Shown here one piece after another: positions 10,443-20,571 of a stretch of 64,000 nucleotides of DNA (its first letter is position 1; each line of letters begins with the position of its first letter). Made by a program: the position numbers and the translations under genes. The DNA is from an uncultured Phycisphaerales bacterium (lineage in GTDB: Bacteria; Planctomycetota; Phycisphaerae; Sedimentisphaerales; Anaerobacaceae). Below the pieces are notes generated by a model that was not told where the DNA came from, ran no database searches, and worked only from the letters and a program-made list of their open reading frames with translations. The stretch spans positions 224,001 to 288,000 of the forward strand of contig CAVYYI010000005.1 in NCBI GenBank assembly GCA_963772725.1. Direction: 5' to 3'.

Positions 10443-11477
10443 ATGAAAAGAGCAAAACGCATACTTGTAATATCCGATTTTAAAAATGAAAAGTCACAAG
10501 CTGTCTTTGTGGACGAAAGACGAATTGTCAAGGGCCTAATCCGTACCGGCAATGATGTAGTAGAATTTAGTCACAGAAATATGCTCATGCAGTGCAGCCC
10601 AATCGCAAACAAAAGAATTGCAAGATATTTTGCGCATAGGAAAGTCAACAAAATCCTCTTGGAGTTTATGCGGTATTACTATCCGGATTACGTTTTTGCT
10701 CTGTGTATGAAAGAACTTGATGCGGATACTGTAAAAGAAATGCGCCGTATCTCACCTAACACTATTTTCCTTGGCAGAGATGGTGATCCTTTCCCCGAGA
10801 ACTTCCCTAAACGTGTAGAAACAGGGGCACAAATGGACATAATGACAATGCCAAGTTCAGGTCAATTTCTTGAAGTTTATAAAAACGCCGGAGTTAAATG
10901 TTGTGCATTTATTCCTTTCTGCTGTGATCCAGATATCCAATATAAATTCGAGATTGAACAAAAATGGCAAACTGATATTGTATTCACTGGAAAAGAAGAA
11001 CATTCCAGTCTCAAACGTGACGAAATTAGATATAACATCGTAAAAAGACTTAAAGAGATGCCTAACGTAAAACTCTACGGCTGTTTTGGTCGTCCTCGAA
11101 CTTTAGGACTAGATTGTTTCCGTTCATTAAGTAATGCAAAAATAGGATTAAGCGTCAATATCACCAGCAATGTGAGACTTTATCATTCGGATAGATATAT
11201 AAACATTCCTGCCTGCGGAACATTCACTCTTGCCAAGCGAACCCAAGGTTATGAAATGCTGTTTGAAGATGGGGTACACATGAAGTATTTTGATAGCGAA
11301 GAAGAATTTTTTGAACTTGCTGACTGGTATTTAAAACATGATGATGAAAGAGAAAAAATCGCAAAGGCCGGCATGGAGCGATCTCATAGAGAGTTCAATT
11401 GTACAAAGATTGCCGGGCATTTGATGGATTTAGTAGAAAAGGGTAAATACGAAGCTCCATGGGCAGAAATTTTGTAG
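10443..11477 (+). CDS. CgeB-like glycosyltransferase (GT-B)
   Basis: 'DIVFTG', 'KIGLSVN', 'SDR..ACG', 'WYLKHDDEREKIAKAG' C-terminal GT domain. Confidence 0.75.
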   Translation: MKRAKRILVISDFKNEKSQAVFVDERRIVKGLIRTGNDVVEFSHRNMLMQCSPIANKRIARYFAHRKVNKILLEFMRYYYPDYVFALCMKELDADTVKEMRRISPNTIFLGRDGDPFPENFPKRVETGAQMDIMTMPSSGQFLEVYKNAGVKCCAFIPFCCDPDIQYKFEIEQKWQTDIVFTGKEEHSSLKRDEIRYNIVKRLKEMPNVKLYGCFGRPRTLGLDCFRSLSNAKIGLSVNITSNVRLYHSDRYINIPACGTFTLAKRTQGYEMLFEDGVHMKYFDSEEEFFELADWYLKHDDEREKIAKAGMERSHREFNCTKIAGHLMDLVEKGKYEAPWAEIL

Positions 11478-11498
11478 TTGTTTATTGATAAAGATATC

Positions 11499-12488
11499 AT
11501 GAAAATCCTTGTTATAAGCAATAATCCAGAGCGGGCGAGTTTCAGGCAGCGGATAGGTATTTACTTCGATATTTTGCGTGAAAACGGAATCGATTGTGAG
11601 GTCGCGAAGCTGCCGTTCGGTTTTTCAGAACGGTTAAAGCTGTTCAGAAGAGCGAGGGATTTTGACGGCGTTTTTATCCATAAGAAAAAACTCAATATTC
11701 TTGATATCTTTGTGCTTAGGCATTACAGTCGAAAAATTATCTATGATTTTGACGATGCTGTGATGTTCAATCCGCATAAGCCGCAGCGTAACAGCCCGTG
11801 GCATTTTCTGCCTTTTCGCAGAACGGTGGCGGCGGCGAATTTGGTTATCGCCGGCAATCAATATCTCGCGGACTACGCCCGAAAATTCAATCATAATGTT
11901 GAGGTTCTTCTCACTGGGCTTGAAACGGAGGCTTATCAGATAAAGAACATGCCCACAAGGGACGGCAAAATCCGGCTTGTCTGGATAGGCAGCAGTGCTA
12001 CTTTGAGCTATCTCGAAGAAATTCGGCCTGCTCTTGACGAAATTGGCAAACGTTTCGATAATGTGGTTTTGAGAATAATCTGCGATAAATTCTTTGACCT
12101 TAAAAATATGATGGTTGAAAAATGCCCCTGGTCGCTTGAAAAGCAAAGCTTTGATTTAGCTACCTGCGACATTGGGCTTTCTCCGCTGCCGGACAATCAT
12201 TTTACCAGGGGTAAATGCGGCTTCAAAATTCTTCAGTATGCGGCATCAGGTTTGCCTGTTGTTGCCTCACCTGTCGGGGTAAATCGCGATTATGTTCAGG
12301 ATGGTATCAACGGTTTTTGTGCAGTGGACAATCAGCAATGGTTCGATAAAATTTCTTTGTTAATTAAGGATGAGACGCTGCGGAAAAAAATGGCGGCTGA
12401 AAATCTTATCTGGGTAAAAAATTTCGATTTACAAATAATTGGGAAAAAATTGGTAGACCTGATTAAAAAGAATCTTTCTTTGACTTGA
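11499..12488 (+). CDS. GT4 family glycosyltransferase
   Basis: 'IIYDFDDA', 'WIGS', 'GKCGFKILQYAASGLPVVASPVGVN'. Confidence 0.85.
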   Translation: MKILVISNNPERASFRQRIGIYFDILRENGIDCEVAKLPFGFSERLKLFRRARDFDGVFIHKKKLNILDIFVLRHYSRKIIYDFDDAVMFNPHKPQRNSPWHFLPFRRTVAAANLVIAGNQYLADYARKFNHNVEVLLTGLETEAYQIKNMPTRDGKIRLVWIGSSATLSYLEEIRPALDEIGKRFDNVVLRIICDKFFDLKNMMVEKCPWSLEKQSFDLATCDIGLSPLPDNHFTRGKCGFKILQYAASGLPVVASPVGVNRDYVQDGINGFCAVDNQQWFDKISLLIKDETLRKKMAAENLIWVKNFDLQIIGKKLVDLIKKNLSLT

Positions 12489-12829
12489 GAAAACATTTTT
12501 TTGTCTGTGATGTATCAGTTATTTCCTTTTATATTGCGTTGGTGGCAAAATAATGGTATTTCTTGGGGGTTTGGGTTTTTGACGGGTTGGTAATGTAGCT
12601 ATGCGTTTAATATGGAAAAGGTAAAACGATAGCACAAGGCAAAACATGGAGTTTTCTCAATATAATACTTCCATGGTAAAGTTTTTTTACAGTTGCACCA
12701 TCCCCCTAACCCGCCACGCTTTTGCTGCTGGGCCTCGGTGCCGTTCGGCTTCGCTCACGACAGGCGGTGATGCTGAGTCGCCGACGCTCCAAAGCTATCG
12801 CGACGCAGTAAAGGAAACGCTGACAATCT

Positions 12830-13178
12830 ATGATTAACTTTGGAATTACAGAACGAAAAAAGGAAGAGCTCGAACAGCGTATGCAGAAATGCAATTTGTT
12901 CGAAAAAGATATAGACAGAAAAATTTGTCAGAAGCGGCGGTTCAGGCGGCCAGAAGGTAAATAAAAGCTCTTCCTGTGTCCATCTCAAACATATCACCAG
13001 CGGCTTATCAGTAAAAATGCAAAAGAGCCGCAGCCAGGGACTTAATCGTTATTATGCCAGAAAAAGAATGTGTGAATTGCTTGAGAATAAACTGTTGGGA
13101 AAAGAAAGCCCAGAGGCAAAAAGGATAGAAAAGATTCGAAAGCAGAAAGACAGGAATAGACGCAGAACCTCCTCATAA
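12830..13178 (+). CDS. Peptide-chain-release-factor-like (GGQ) ribosome-rescue protein, ArfB/C12orf65-like; one-base frameshift near 12914
   Basis: Not in the ORF track. 'MINFGITERKKEELEQRM...EKDI' then, in the +1 frame, 'EKFVRSGGSGGQKVNKSSSCVHLKHITSGLSVKMQKSRSQGLNRYYARKR...KIRKQKDRNRRR' with a basic tail. Confidence 0.85.
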
Positions 13179-13400
13179 TTCGGGTCTGTTCATTTAACTG
13201 CCTAACCGGCTTTAACGATTTCGCATCTCGGCCAACTGAATGTACGAAAAAACCGCGGGGGCGGCCTGGCGGCTAAACGAATAGTAAGGGAAAAGCTTAA
13301 TTATCGGAATTTTATACTTTTTCAGTTGATTTGTGTGTGCCGGGGGGATAAACTGCAACTAGGAAAACTAACATACAACATTTTTTTGGGGGACCTAAAA

Positions 13401-13857
13401 ATGAAAATAATGGAATTGTTGGAAAAATCGGGGATAAAGTACCAGGCCGATGACCATCGTCCCACTTATACGGCCCAGCGCCTCGCCGCCGTCGAACACG
13501 AATCCGGCAGGTTTGTGGCTAAACCGGTACTGGTTAAGGCGGATGACAAATTTATAATGTGCGTTTTGGCGGCGCATCGCAAGATAGACCTCGCGGCGTT
13601 GAAAAGCCAGCTTGGCGCAATCCCTTGAACTTGCCGACGAGACCGCCATCGCCAAACTGTGTCCGGATTGTGAGGTAGGGGCAGAACCGCCTTTTGGAAA
13701 TCTCTACAATCTGCCTACGATTATGGACAAGGAGCTGCAAAAAGATGACCACATAACTTTTCAGGCTGGTTCGCACGAAACGGCTGTGAGGGTCAATATG
13801 AAAGATTACCTCAAACTCGTTTCGCCGACAATACTGGCTTTCAGCTACCACGGTTAA
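13401..13857 (+). CDS. YbaK/EbsC (aminoacyl-tRNA deacylase) family protein; frameshift near 13620
   Basis: 'H.PTYTAQRLA...VAKPVLV' then 'LADE...PDCEVGAEPPFGNLY...FQAGSH'. Confidence 0.85.
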
Positions 13858-13914
13858 ATGTTCGTATTTAGCGCATAAAAATCTTGCCAATATGATTGTG
13901 GGAATTGCGGCCTG

Positions 13915-14406
13915 TTGTTAAGGAGCGCGGCAAAAACGCACATTAAAATTACAAGCCCGGCTTTTGCCGACGGTGATTTTATCCCGTCAAAATATACCTG
14001 TGATGGGCAGGACATTTCCCCGCCTTTAGCGTGGGAGGGAATTCCCGCCGGTACCAGAAGCATTACCATTATATGCGATGACCCCGATGCGTCGGGCGGG
14101 ACTTTTGTACACTGGGTTTTGTTCAATATCCCGCCTGATAAAAATGGATTGCCGGAAAATTTTCCCGACGATGAGACCCTGCCGGACGGCACCCGCCAGG
14201 GGATTACCGATTTTGAAAAAATCGGTTACGGCGGCCCATGCCCTGCAAGCGGCACACACAGATATGTTTTCAAGATTTACGCTCTCGACGACAAAATAGA
14301 TATCGCGATTATCGCCGATAAGCAGCTTTTGCTTTCCGCTATGGAAGGACATCTCCTCGCCCAGGGCAGACTCATCGGCAAATACCCAAAACAAACTGTT
14401 TCTTAA
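13915..14406 (+). CDS. YbhB/YbcL PEBP (Raf kinase inhibitor-like) protein
   Basis: 'ITSPAF', 'YTCDG.DISPPLAW', 'DPDA..GTFVHWV', 'YGGPCP..GTHRY.F.IYALD'. Start codon uncertain. Confidence 0.9.
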   Translation: MLRSAAKTHIKITSPAFADGDFIPSKYTCDGQDISPPLAWEGIPAGTRSITIICDDPDASGGTFVHWVLFNIPPDKNGLPENFPDDETLPDGTRQGITDFEKIGYGGPCPASGTHRYVFKIYALDDKIDIAIIADKQLLLSAMEGHLLAQGRLIGKYPKQTVS

Positions 14407-14482
14407 ACCGCATATATCTTAACCGCAGAGATATAATTTTATTTAACACAGCCTCTTGCGTCGGGGGTATTTTTAACCGTTT

Positions 14483-15360
14483 TTAATCCGTCTTTGGCGA
14501 ATGGTCGGGGGCCTTTTCCTGCTCCGTAAGCATTTCGTTTAGTGAGCCGCTGCGAAAGCCCTGAATGTCCATCGCGATATATTTAAAGCCGATTGACTTG
14601 AATTTTTCGATAATTTTTCGCGGTTCGGCTCGGCGGTAATTTTGCTGAAATCTTTCGGATGCACCTCTATCCGCGCGACCGTATCGTGATGGCGAACGCG
14701 AAATTCGACCATGCCCAGCGTTTTAAGAAATTCCTCGGCCTGCTCGATTTGTTTAAGCCGCTGCCCGGTAATTTCAAGGCCGTAAGTTACCCTCAACGCC
14801 AGGCACGGTGAGGCGGGATTATCCGCGGTGGGCAGATTGAATTTCCTGCTCAACGCACGGATGTCATCTTTGGTCAATTCCGCCTCAGCGAGCGGGCAGC
14901 GGATACCGAAAACTTTAATCGCACGGCTGCCGGGCCGGTAATCGTCTTTGTCGTCGAAATTATTACCGCATATTACGCTGTCGAAAATATTTTCTTTCGC
15001 AACATTGAGCAGTGTTTTTAAGAGGTGACTTTTACAGTGGAAGCAGCGGTCGGCCTTGTTGGCGGCATACGATGCGTCAGCCATCTCCTGGGTTTGAACG
15101 GTCTGGATTTTGACGCCGATATTTTTCGCGGTCTCAATCGCTTTATCGTATTGACTTTTAGGCAGCGACGGCCCCGCGGCGATGCACGCCAGCACACTTT
15201 CCGCACCAAGCGTATCGACAGCCGCCTTTAACAGAAAGGTGCTGTCCACACCGCCCGAATATGCCACAACAACCCTGCCCAGGTTTTTGAGGATTTGCTT
15301 TAAGGATTCTAATTTTTTGTCACATTTATCAATCATTGTTACTTTCCCAATATTTGTCAT
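14483..15360 (-). CDS. larE: ATP-dependent sacrificial sulfur transferase LarE; C-terminal frameshift near 14615
   Basis: PP-loop 'AYSGGVDS', 'RCFHCK', 'DYRPG', 'PASPCL', 'RVRHH'. The shifted frame restores 'GFKYIAMDIQGFRSGSLN'. Confidence 0.88.
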
Positions 15361-15377
15361 CGCAGAGAGTTATCATT

Positions 15378-15809
15378 TCAAAGTACCTCATCCAGAATTT
15401 CCGCGGCGGTGCAGACGTACTCGGGGCAAATCGTAGTAAAAAGTTTTTTGTCTGTTGCCTCCTTCAATCCTTCAGGCGTAGAAATATCGCATCGCAGAAG
15501 CGACTTGCATTCAATTGAGCCGTAACGTGCCTTGAATTTGTTCGCGAACCGCTTTACAACTTCGAATGTCTTTTCCTTTGCTTTGTTGTCGTCTGCTTTC
15601 ATTTTGCCGTATTTAAGCCCAATGACCATAATCGCGCCTGTAACCGCCCCGCAGGTTTGCCCCAGATGCATACCGCCGCCAAATCCGGTTGAGAGTTTCA
15701 ATGCCGTGCCCTGTTTTAGGCCGAACTGCTCGCAATATGCCGCCAGCACCGCCGGCGCACATGAAAACCCTCCCAAATAAATCGCCTTTGCCTTATCTGC
15801 ATTACTCAT
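15378..15809 (-). CDS. C-GCAxxG-C-C family putative redox protein
   Basis: 'GFSCA..V', 'GFGGGM..GQTCGAVTG', 'GSIECKSL', 'ICPEYV'. Confidence 0.85.
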   Translation of the reverse strand: MSNADKAKAIYLGGFSCAPAVLAAYCEQFGLKQGTALKLSTGFGGGMHLGQTCGAVTGAIMVIGLKYGKMKADDNKAKEKTFEVVKRFANKFKARYGSIECKSLLRCDISTPEGLKEATDKKLFTTICPEYVCTAAEILDEVL

Positions 15810-15890
15810 ATTCAACTCCATATTTTATAAGTTTTTAAGATACTTTAATTCTATCGCTTTTTTTGAAGTTTTGTTCAGTCAGCCAACATT

Positions 15891-16133
15891 TCATTCTTTA
15901 TACTCGCAGTAAACTTTATTGTATAATTCTTCGCCCAAGTGACGTTTCGCCCAGATATGCCAGACCTCTTTTTCATCAGCATCGGGATACCGCATTCTGA
16001 TACCAGCCATTGAAAGCAACTGGCCCATACGATATGCGTCCGAAACCAGCTCAAGCTTTTTCTCCGGGCTCATTCGCCGATAAAGCTCGCATTGCACTTT
16101 ATATGCCTCTGGTGTTGTGTCACTTATGCCCAT
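15891..16133 (-). CDS. Small hypothetical protein ('DTTPEA' type, possibly antitoxin-like)
   Basis: 80-aa 'MGISDTTPEAYKVQCELYRRMSPEKKL...AGIRMRYP...HLGEEL'. The longer ORF call extends into the upstream gene. Confidence 0.6.
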   Translation of the reverse strand: MGISDTTPEAYKVQCELYRRMSPEKKLELVSDAYRMGQLLSMAGIRMRYPDADEKEVWHIWAKRHLGEELYNKVYCEYKE

Positions 16134-16426
16134 TTTTTTTGTACTATTTCCAATTTTAAATAATACTGGCCAATAAGGGCCAGCGATGCGGCAACAAGGA
16201 ACAATATCATTGAATAAATATTCCACTTTATCAAACTTAAACAAGCTTGAACGATGAACAATAGAGAAGCAATTTGAAGTAGCGTATGCGGCCATTTTGA
16301 ATAAATAAGCATTGTTCCGCAATACGGGCAGGGTGATTCTTTGCGTGAGCAAAGGCCTTTTGTAAATTTCCATTTTTGCCTCCAGGAAATTCGCTGATGG
16401 CAGGAAGGACATAAATTATATGCCAT
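16124..16426 (-). CDS. Small CxxC-x~20-CxxC zinc-ribbon membrane protein
   Basis: 'CPSC...CPYCG' followed by two hydrophobic helices; GAGG RBS upstream. Confidence 0.6.
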   Translation of the reverse strand: MAYNLCPSCHQRISWRQKWKFTKGLCSRKESPCPYCGTMLIYSKWPHTLLQIASLLFIVQACLSLIKWNIYSMILFLVAASLALIGQYYLKLEIVQKKWA

Positions 16427-16471
16427 AAACCACCTCTGTAACCCACGATTTTTATTTTTTATTTTTCTTAT

Positions 16472-16543
16472 AGCCGATGGAGGGATTTGAACCCTCAACC
16501 CCGGCTTTACGAAAGCCGTGCTCTACCGTTGAGCTACATCGGC
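16472..16543 (-). tRNA. tRNA-Thr(CGT)
   Basis: Reverse complement GCCGATGTAGCTCAACGGTAGAGCACGGCT-TTCGTAA-AGCCG...GGTTCAAATCCCTCCATCGGCT folds as a cloverleaf. Confidence 0.95.
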
Positions 16544-16692
16544 GGTACCGCACAAAATCATATATATTCAGCCCGATTTTGTAAAGGTTTAATCCACGGT
16601 CAACCTGCATATTTCACCGCAAAGTTCGCGGAGAGCGCAGAGATGCTTGTAATATAAAGACTTATGTTAAAATCCTGAAATTATCGACAAAT

Positions 16693-16828
16693 GTCCTGGC
16701 GTCCTAATGTCCTAAGCGTCCTAATGATTTTCTATTAATTATATTATTTACTCATTCTTTGCTTCGCGATAGGTATAGAAATATTAATAATAATAGGAAA
16801 TCATTAGGACAAATAGGACAGTTGGGAC
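16693..16828. repeat. Inverted array of GTCCT(AA) repeats around an AT-rich core
   Basis: GTCCT at 16693/16701/16709/16718; inverse units ending at 16810/16819/16828; arms 16718-16737 and 16791-16810 form a 19/20 inverted repeat. Confidence 0.8.
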
Positions 16829-16978
16829 AACAAACCATAATAAACCAACCAAGTTTCTTGGATAATCATTAAAAACCTTGATTTCGCTGAAAAAAACCCT
16901 TGTCTTTAATGGGCAGGTTATTGTAGTATAGACAGTTTTAGAAGCCGGACAGAATTAACTTTTTGGAGGTTGTAAAAA

Positions 16979-19012
16979 GTGGCAAACAGTAACGATATTC
17001 GTAATGTTGTTGTTCTGGGGCATGGCGGAAGCGGCAAAACGTCGCTGGTTGAGGCTATATTGCACAAAACCGGCGCGACAAACCGTCTCGGCAACGTCGA
17101 TGAAAAGACCGCGGTCTGTGACTACTACGATGAGGAAAAAGAGCATCAGCATTCGATACAGGCGGCGATAGTCAATACCAAATACGCCGGCAAGTTAATA
17201 AATATTATTGATACGCCGGGCTATCCCGATTTTGTCGGTCCGGCGATAAAATCCATACCGGCCTGCGAAACAGCGGTAATCGTAATAGGCGCATCGTCGG
17301 GAATAGAAACCAACACCCGCAAACTCTTTGAGTTGGCCGCTAAAGCCTCTATGCCCCGCATTATAGTCATCAATAAAATCGACGCCGAAAACGTTGACTT
17401 TCCGGAACTCCTTAAGAATATCGGCGAAACGTTTGGCTCTAACTGCCGCTGTGCAAATCTGCCTTCATCCGACAAGTCATCAGTGGTGGATTGTATAGAC
17501 AATAAAACCGGCAGCGCTTTTTTGATGGATGTCGCCGAGGCGCATACCAATCTCATCGAAAGTGTCATCGAGGCTGACGATGCTCTTATGGAAAAATATC
17601 TTGGCGGCGAAGAGGTTTCACCTCAGCAGATAGCTTCGGTATTTGTAAAGGCGATGAAAGCCGGCACGTTAGTACCCATAGTGTTCACAAACTCCCGCAA
17701 AGAGGTCGGCATAACCGAACTTATGGATATTATCGCAAAATACACACCTTCGCCGGTTGAGGCCAAACCGATGGTGCTTAAAGATAAGGACAAATCGGTC
17801 GAACTAAAAGCAGACCCGACCGGCCCGCTGGCAGGCCTGGTATTCCGCGTCGGCTTTGACCCTCGCTCGAGTATGAAATATTCGAGCATTCGCATCTTCA
17901 GCGGGACAATGAAGTCCGACACCAACCTTTTGCGAAATGACGAAAGAAAAGGCATCAGGCCGGGACATATCCTCAAATCTCAGGGCATCGAAAATATTGA
18001 AACCCCCCTGGGAATCGCAGGCGATATTATTACCCTGGCCAAAGTCGATGAACTGAAAATGGGCGACCTTGTCCACGATGGCAAAGTAAGCGGCAAATTT
18101 GAAATACCGCTCGTTCCGGAACCTATGTTCTCATTGGCGCTGGAGCCGGCTACAAGGGGCGATGAACAGAAAATCAGCAGCGCCCTCGAAAAGTTGCGAG
18201 AGGAAGACCCCTGCTTTAAGGCTACCCATGATGCACAGACCAAAGAGCTGGTTATAAGCGGACTGGGCGAACTGCACCTGCGGGTCATTCTCGAAAAGAT
18301 GGCTAAGCAGTATAAGCTTTCCGTAACAACCAAGCAGCCCAAGATTCCATATCGTGAGACAATTACGATCAAAGCCGAAGGCCATTATCGGCATAAAAAA
18401 CAAACAGGCGGCGCCGGTCAGTTCGGCGAAGTTTATCTGCGTGTTGAACCCGCTGAACGTAATTCTGAGCCGCCTCTGCAGTTCAGTTGGGATATTTTCG
18501 GCGGTTCCATCCCCGGACAATTCGAGGCGCCTATCGTCAAGGGTGTAAATGATATTATGGAAACCGGTGTTATCGCCGGCTTCAAAATGCAGGACATAAA
18601 AGTTTCTGTTTATGACGGCAAATACCATCCCGTGGACTCAAAGGAAGTGGCCTTCAGAGCGGCGGGAAAAGGCGCATTTCTCGATGCCGTCTCAAAAGCA
18701 AAGCCTGTTCTGCTCGAACCGATAGTAAATATAGAAATTACCGTGCCCGCGGAGAATATGGGCGATATTGCCGGAGACCTCGCATCTAAACGCGGAAGAG
18801 TCATCGGCCAGGATATGCTCGCTGGGAATATGATGGTTATTAAGGCCCAGGTTCCTCTGGCGGAAGTTACACAGTATAACAGCCAGTTGAAAAGCGTTAC
18901 CGGCGGCAGAGGCAGCTACTCTATGACACTTAGCCATTACGAACTCGTGCCTTCGCACGTCCAGCAGCAAATAGTCGCCGCCAATGCAAAGGCAAAAGAA
19001 GTAGAAGAATAA
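16979..19012 (+). CDS. fusA: Elongation factor G paralog (EF-G2-like)
   Basis: GHGGSGKT, DTPG, NKID, 'GLGELHL', 'YRETI', 'HKKQTGGAGQFGEV', 'DGKYHPVDSKE', 'LLEPI'. Confidence 0.92.
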   Translation: MANSNDIRNVVVLGHGGSGKTSLVEAILHKTGATNRLGNVDEKTAVCDYYDEEKEHQHSIQAAIVNTKYAGKLINIIDTPGYPDFVGPAIKSIPACETAVIVIGASSGIETNTRKLFELAAKASMPRIIVINKIDAENVDFPELLKNIGETFGSNCRCANLPSSDKSSVVDCIDNKTGSAFLMDVAEAHTNLIESVIEADDALMEKYLGGEEVSPQQIASVFVKAMKAGTLVPIVFTNSRKEVGITELMDIIAKYTPSPVEAKPMVLKDKDKSVELKADPTGPLAGLVFRVGFDPRSSMKYSSIRIFSGTMKSDTNLLRNDERKGIRPGHILKSQGIENIETPLGIAGDIITLAKVDELKMGDLVHDGKVSGKFEIPLVPEPMFSLALEPATRGDEQKISSALEKLREEDPCFKATHDAQTKELVISGLGELHLRVILEKMAKQYKLSVTTKQPKIPYRETITIKAEGHYRHKKQTGGAGQFGEVYLRVEPAERNSEPPLQFSWDIFGGSIPGQFEAPIVKGVNDIMETGVIAGFKMQDIKVSVYDGKYHPVDSKEVAFRAAGKGAFLDAVSKAKPVLLEPIVNIEITVPAENMGDIAGDLASKRGRVIGQDMLAGNMMVIKAQVPLAEVTQYNSQLKSVTGGRGSYSMTLSHYELVPSHVQQQIVAANAKAKEVEE

Positions 19013-19026
19013 AACTGTTGGCTGTT

Positions 19027-19657
19027 TTATCTGTCGGATTGTTTTTGAGACCCGTCTGAGTTTTTCAGGCTCTCAAGAAGCCGTTCAAGTTCCTCTCTGC
19101 GAGGGAGCAACTCTTTTCGTACGACTCTTTGGTTCAGCCAATAAACAAACCAGAAAAACAATGCTGTTGCCGCTATAAGCAGGATTCCCATGAGCCGGGT
19201 ATGTGTCAAAATGGCGGCATATACAAACCAGATGACACATCCCAAGCCGGGCGGCAGCAAATACCACCAGAATACGTTTTTTAACAGCCATATCTGGTGG
19301 TTAACATCCAATAAGGATGTCTCTGCACAGTTTGTAATCGAATCGCTCATTTTTGGTTCTGCGCTTTTGTACAACATGGTCTCCAATAAAAAACACAACC
19401 ATATAAAGGCTCAAAGCTGCCAGAAAATACATTGGCCAAACAAAACCAAGTCCCATCCTACTGAAAAAAATGCCAAAAAATAAAAAGGCAATAACACAGA
19501 AAACCGCCGCTGAAATCTCAATGATGTCACGTTGTATAATCGAAGTTCTGAAATAATCCCGACTTCTCTTTAGTTCGGCAAGAAAAACTTCGGTGTCAAT
19601 CCTTACCGTATTCCCATCCTGCTGGTTCCAGACTTTTTTAATATCGTCAAAATTCAT
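19027..19657 (-). CDS. Membrane protein, probable anti-sigma partner; frameshift near 19380
   Basis: 'MNFDDIKKVWNQQ...RD..EI' and 'Q.WLLKNV.WWYLLP...LNQR.VRKELLP' in two overlapping frames directly downstream of an ECF sigma. Confidence 0.65.
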
Positions 19658-19669
19658 CGATGAGCCCTT

Positions 19670-20179
19670 TCAGTAATTGAGCGAGCTCTTTTTTGCCCGG
19701 TTTAGTTTTACACCGACATTATTTTGGGAAATGCCGAGTACCTCGGCTATGTCATCGTAACTGAGACCATCCAGGTACATAAGAACGATAGAACCATCAA
19801 TTTTTGGCAGGCTGCGAATCGCTTCGTAAAGGCGTTCTGTAATCTGCTGTGTCTCTGCCGGCTCACAATCCTGCTGCTGTATTCCTTCATTGAGTTTAAT
19901 AGCCGTTATTTTATTATGCTTCTTTTGCCTTCTGACCTGTCCCCTGTTCCAGACTAATGCCGTATTAACAGCCACGCGGTAAATCCACGTTGTTTCTTTG
20001 GCCTTACCCCTAAAACCGGGAATGGATGACCATAACTGCAGCAAAATCTCCTGAAACAAATCATCCTGGTCCTGTGGAGAACAGCCATAAGTCTTAACGA
20101 CCTTAAATATAAGCTGCTTATATTCGCCAAGCCATCGCTTAAATAATTCTTCGTTTTTATTGACCGCCATCCCGGACAC
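19670..20179 (-). CDS. ECF RNA polymerase sigma factor (probable frameshift in last codons)
   Basis: 'DDLFQE', 'TTWIYRVAVNTA', 'LDGLSYDDIAEVLGISQNNVGVKLNRAK'. Confidence 0.92.
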   Translation of the reverse strand: MSGMAVNKNEELFKRWLGEYKQLIFKVVKTYGCSPQDQDDLFQEILLQLWSSIPGFRGKAKETTWIYRVAVNTALVWNRGQVRRQKKHNKITAIKLNEGIQQQDCEPAETQQITERLYEAIRSLPKIDGSIVLMYLDGLSYDDIAEVLGISQNNVGVKLNRAKKSSLNY

Positions 20180-20296
20180 CTGCTTTCTATATAAATAGTA
20201 ACCGCAACCTGTGCTTTATTACAAAATATTTTGGAATTTCTGTCCGGATAAATCGCATAGTGTTCTTTAGGCGAGCCCCCAAAAGAGTTTTGTTAA

Positions 20297-20370
20297 TGCG
20301 CCCGAGAGGATTCGAACCACTGACCCCCGGTTTAGGAAACCGGTGCTCTATCCTACTGAGCTACGGGCGC
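20297..20370 (-). tRNA. tRNA-Arg(CCT)
   Basis: Reverse complement GCGCCCGTAGCTCAGTAGGATAGAGCACCGGT-TTCCTAA-ACCGG...GGTTCGAATCC...CGGGCGCA. Confidence 0.95.
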
Positions 20371-20456
20371 GAAAATCGCGCGGCAAAATTAAACAGCCTG
20401 CCACACATCTTATGAATTATAGACGCAAACGCGTTTTTATCAAGGCCAAAACTCCC

Positions 20457-20503
20457 GAGAAAAAAATGTTGCAATATCCTTTGACGCTGTTTATCTTATG
20501 AAT
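20457..20503 (+). promoter_or_regulatory. Promoter (TTGCAA-17-TATCTT), copy 1 of a 47-bp duplication
   Basis: 39/47 identical to 22045-22091. Confidence 0.6.
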
Positions 20504-20571
20504 TCAAATGTGTGTGCGGGAAATTAAATTTACCCAAAATTCAGATAAACGGATGCAGAAGGAGCCGGAGA

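Noticed and set aside
12905..12965. prfB-style programmed +1 frameshift in the release-factor-like gene
   Set aside because: No CTT-TGA shift site or internal SD; the window has many similar indels.
16693..16828. CRISPR array interpretation of the GTCCT repeats
   Set aside because: Units are only 5-8 bp with no spacers of CRISPR length.
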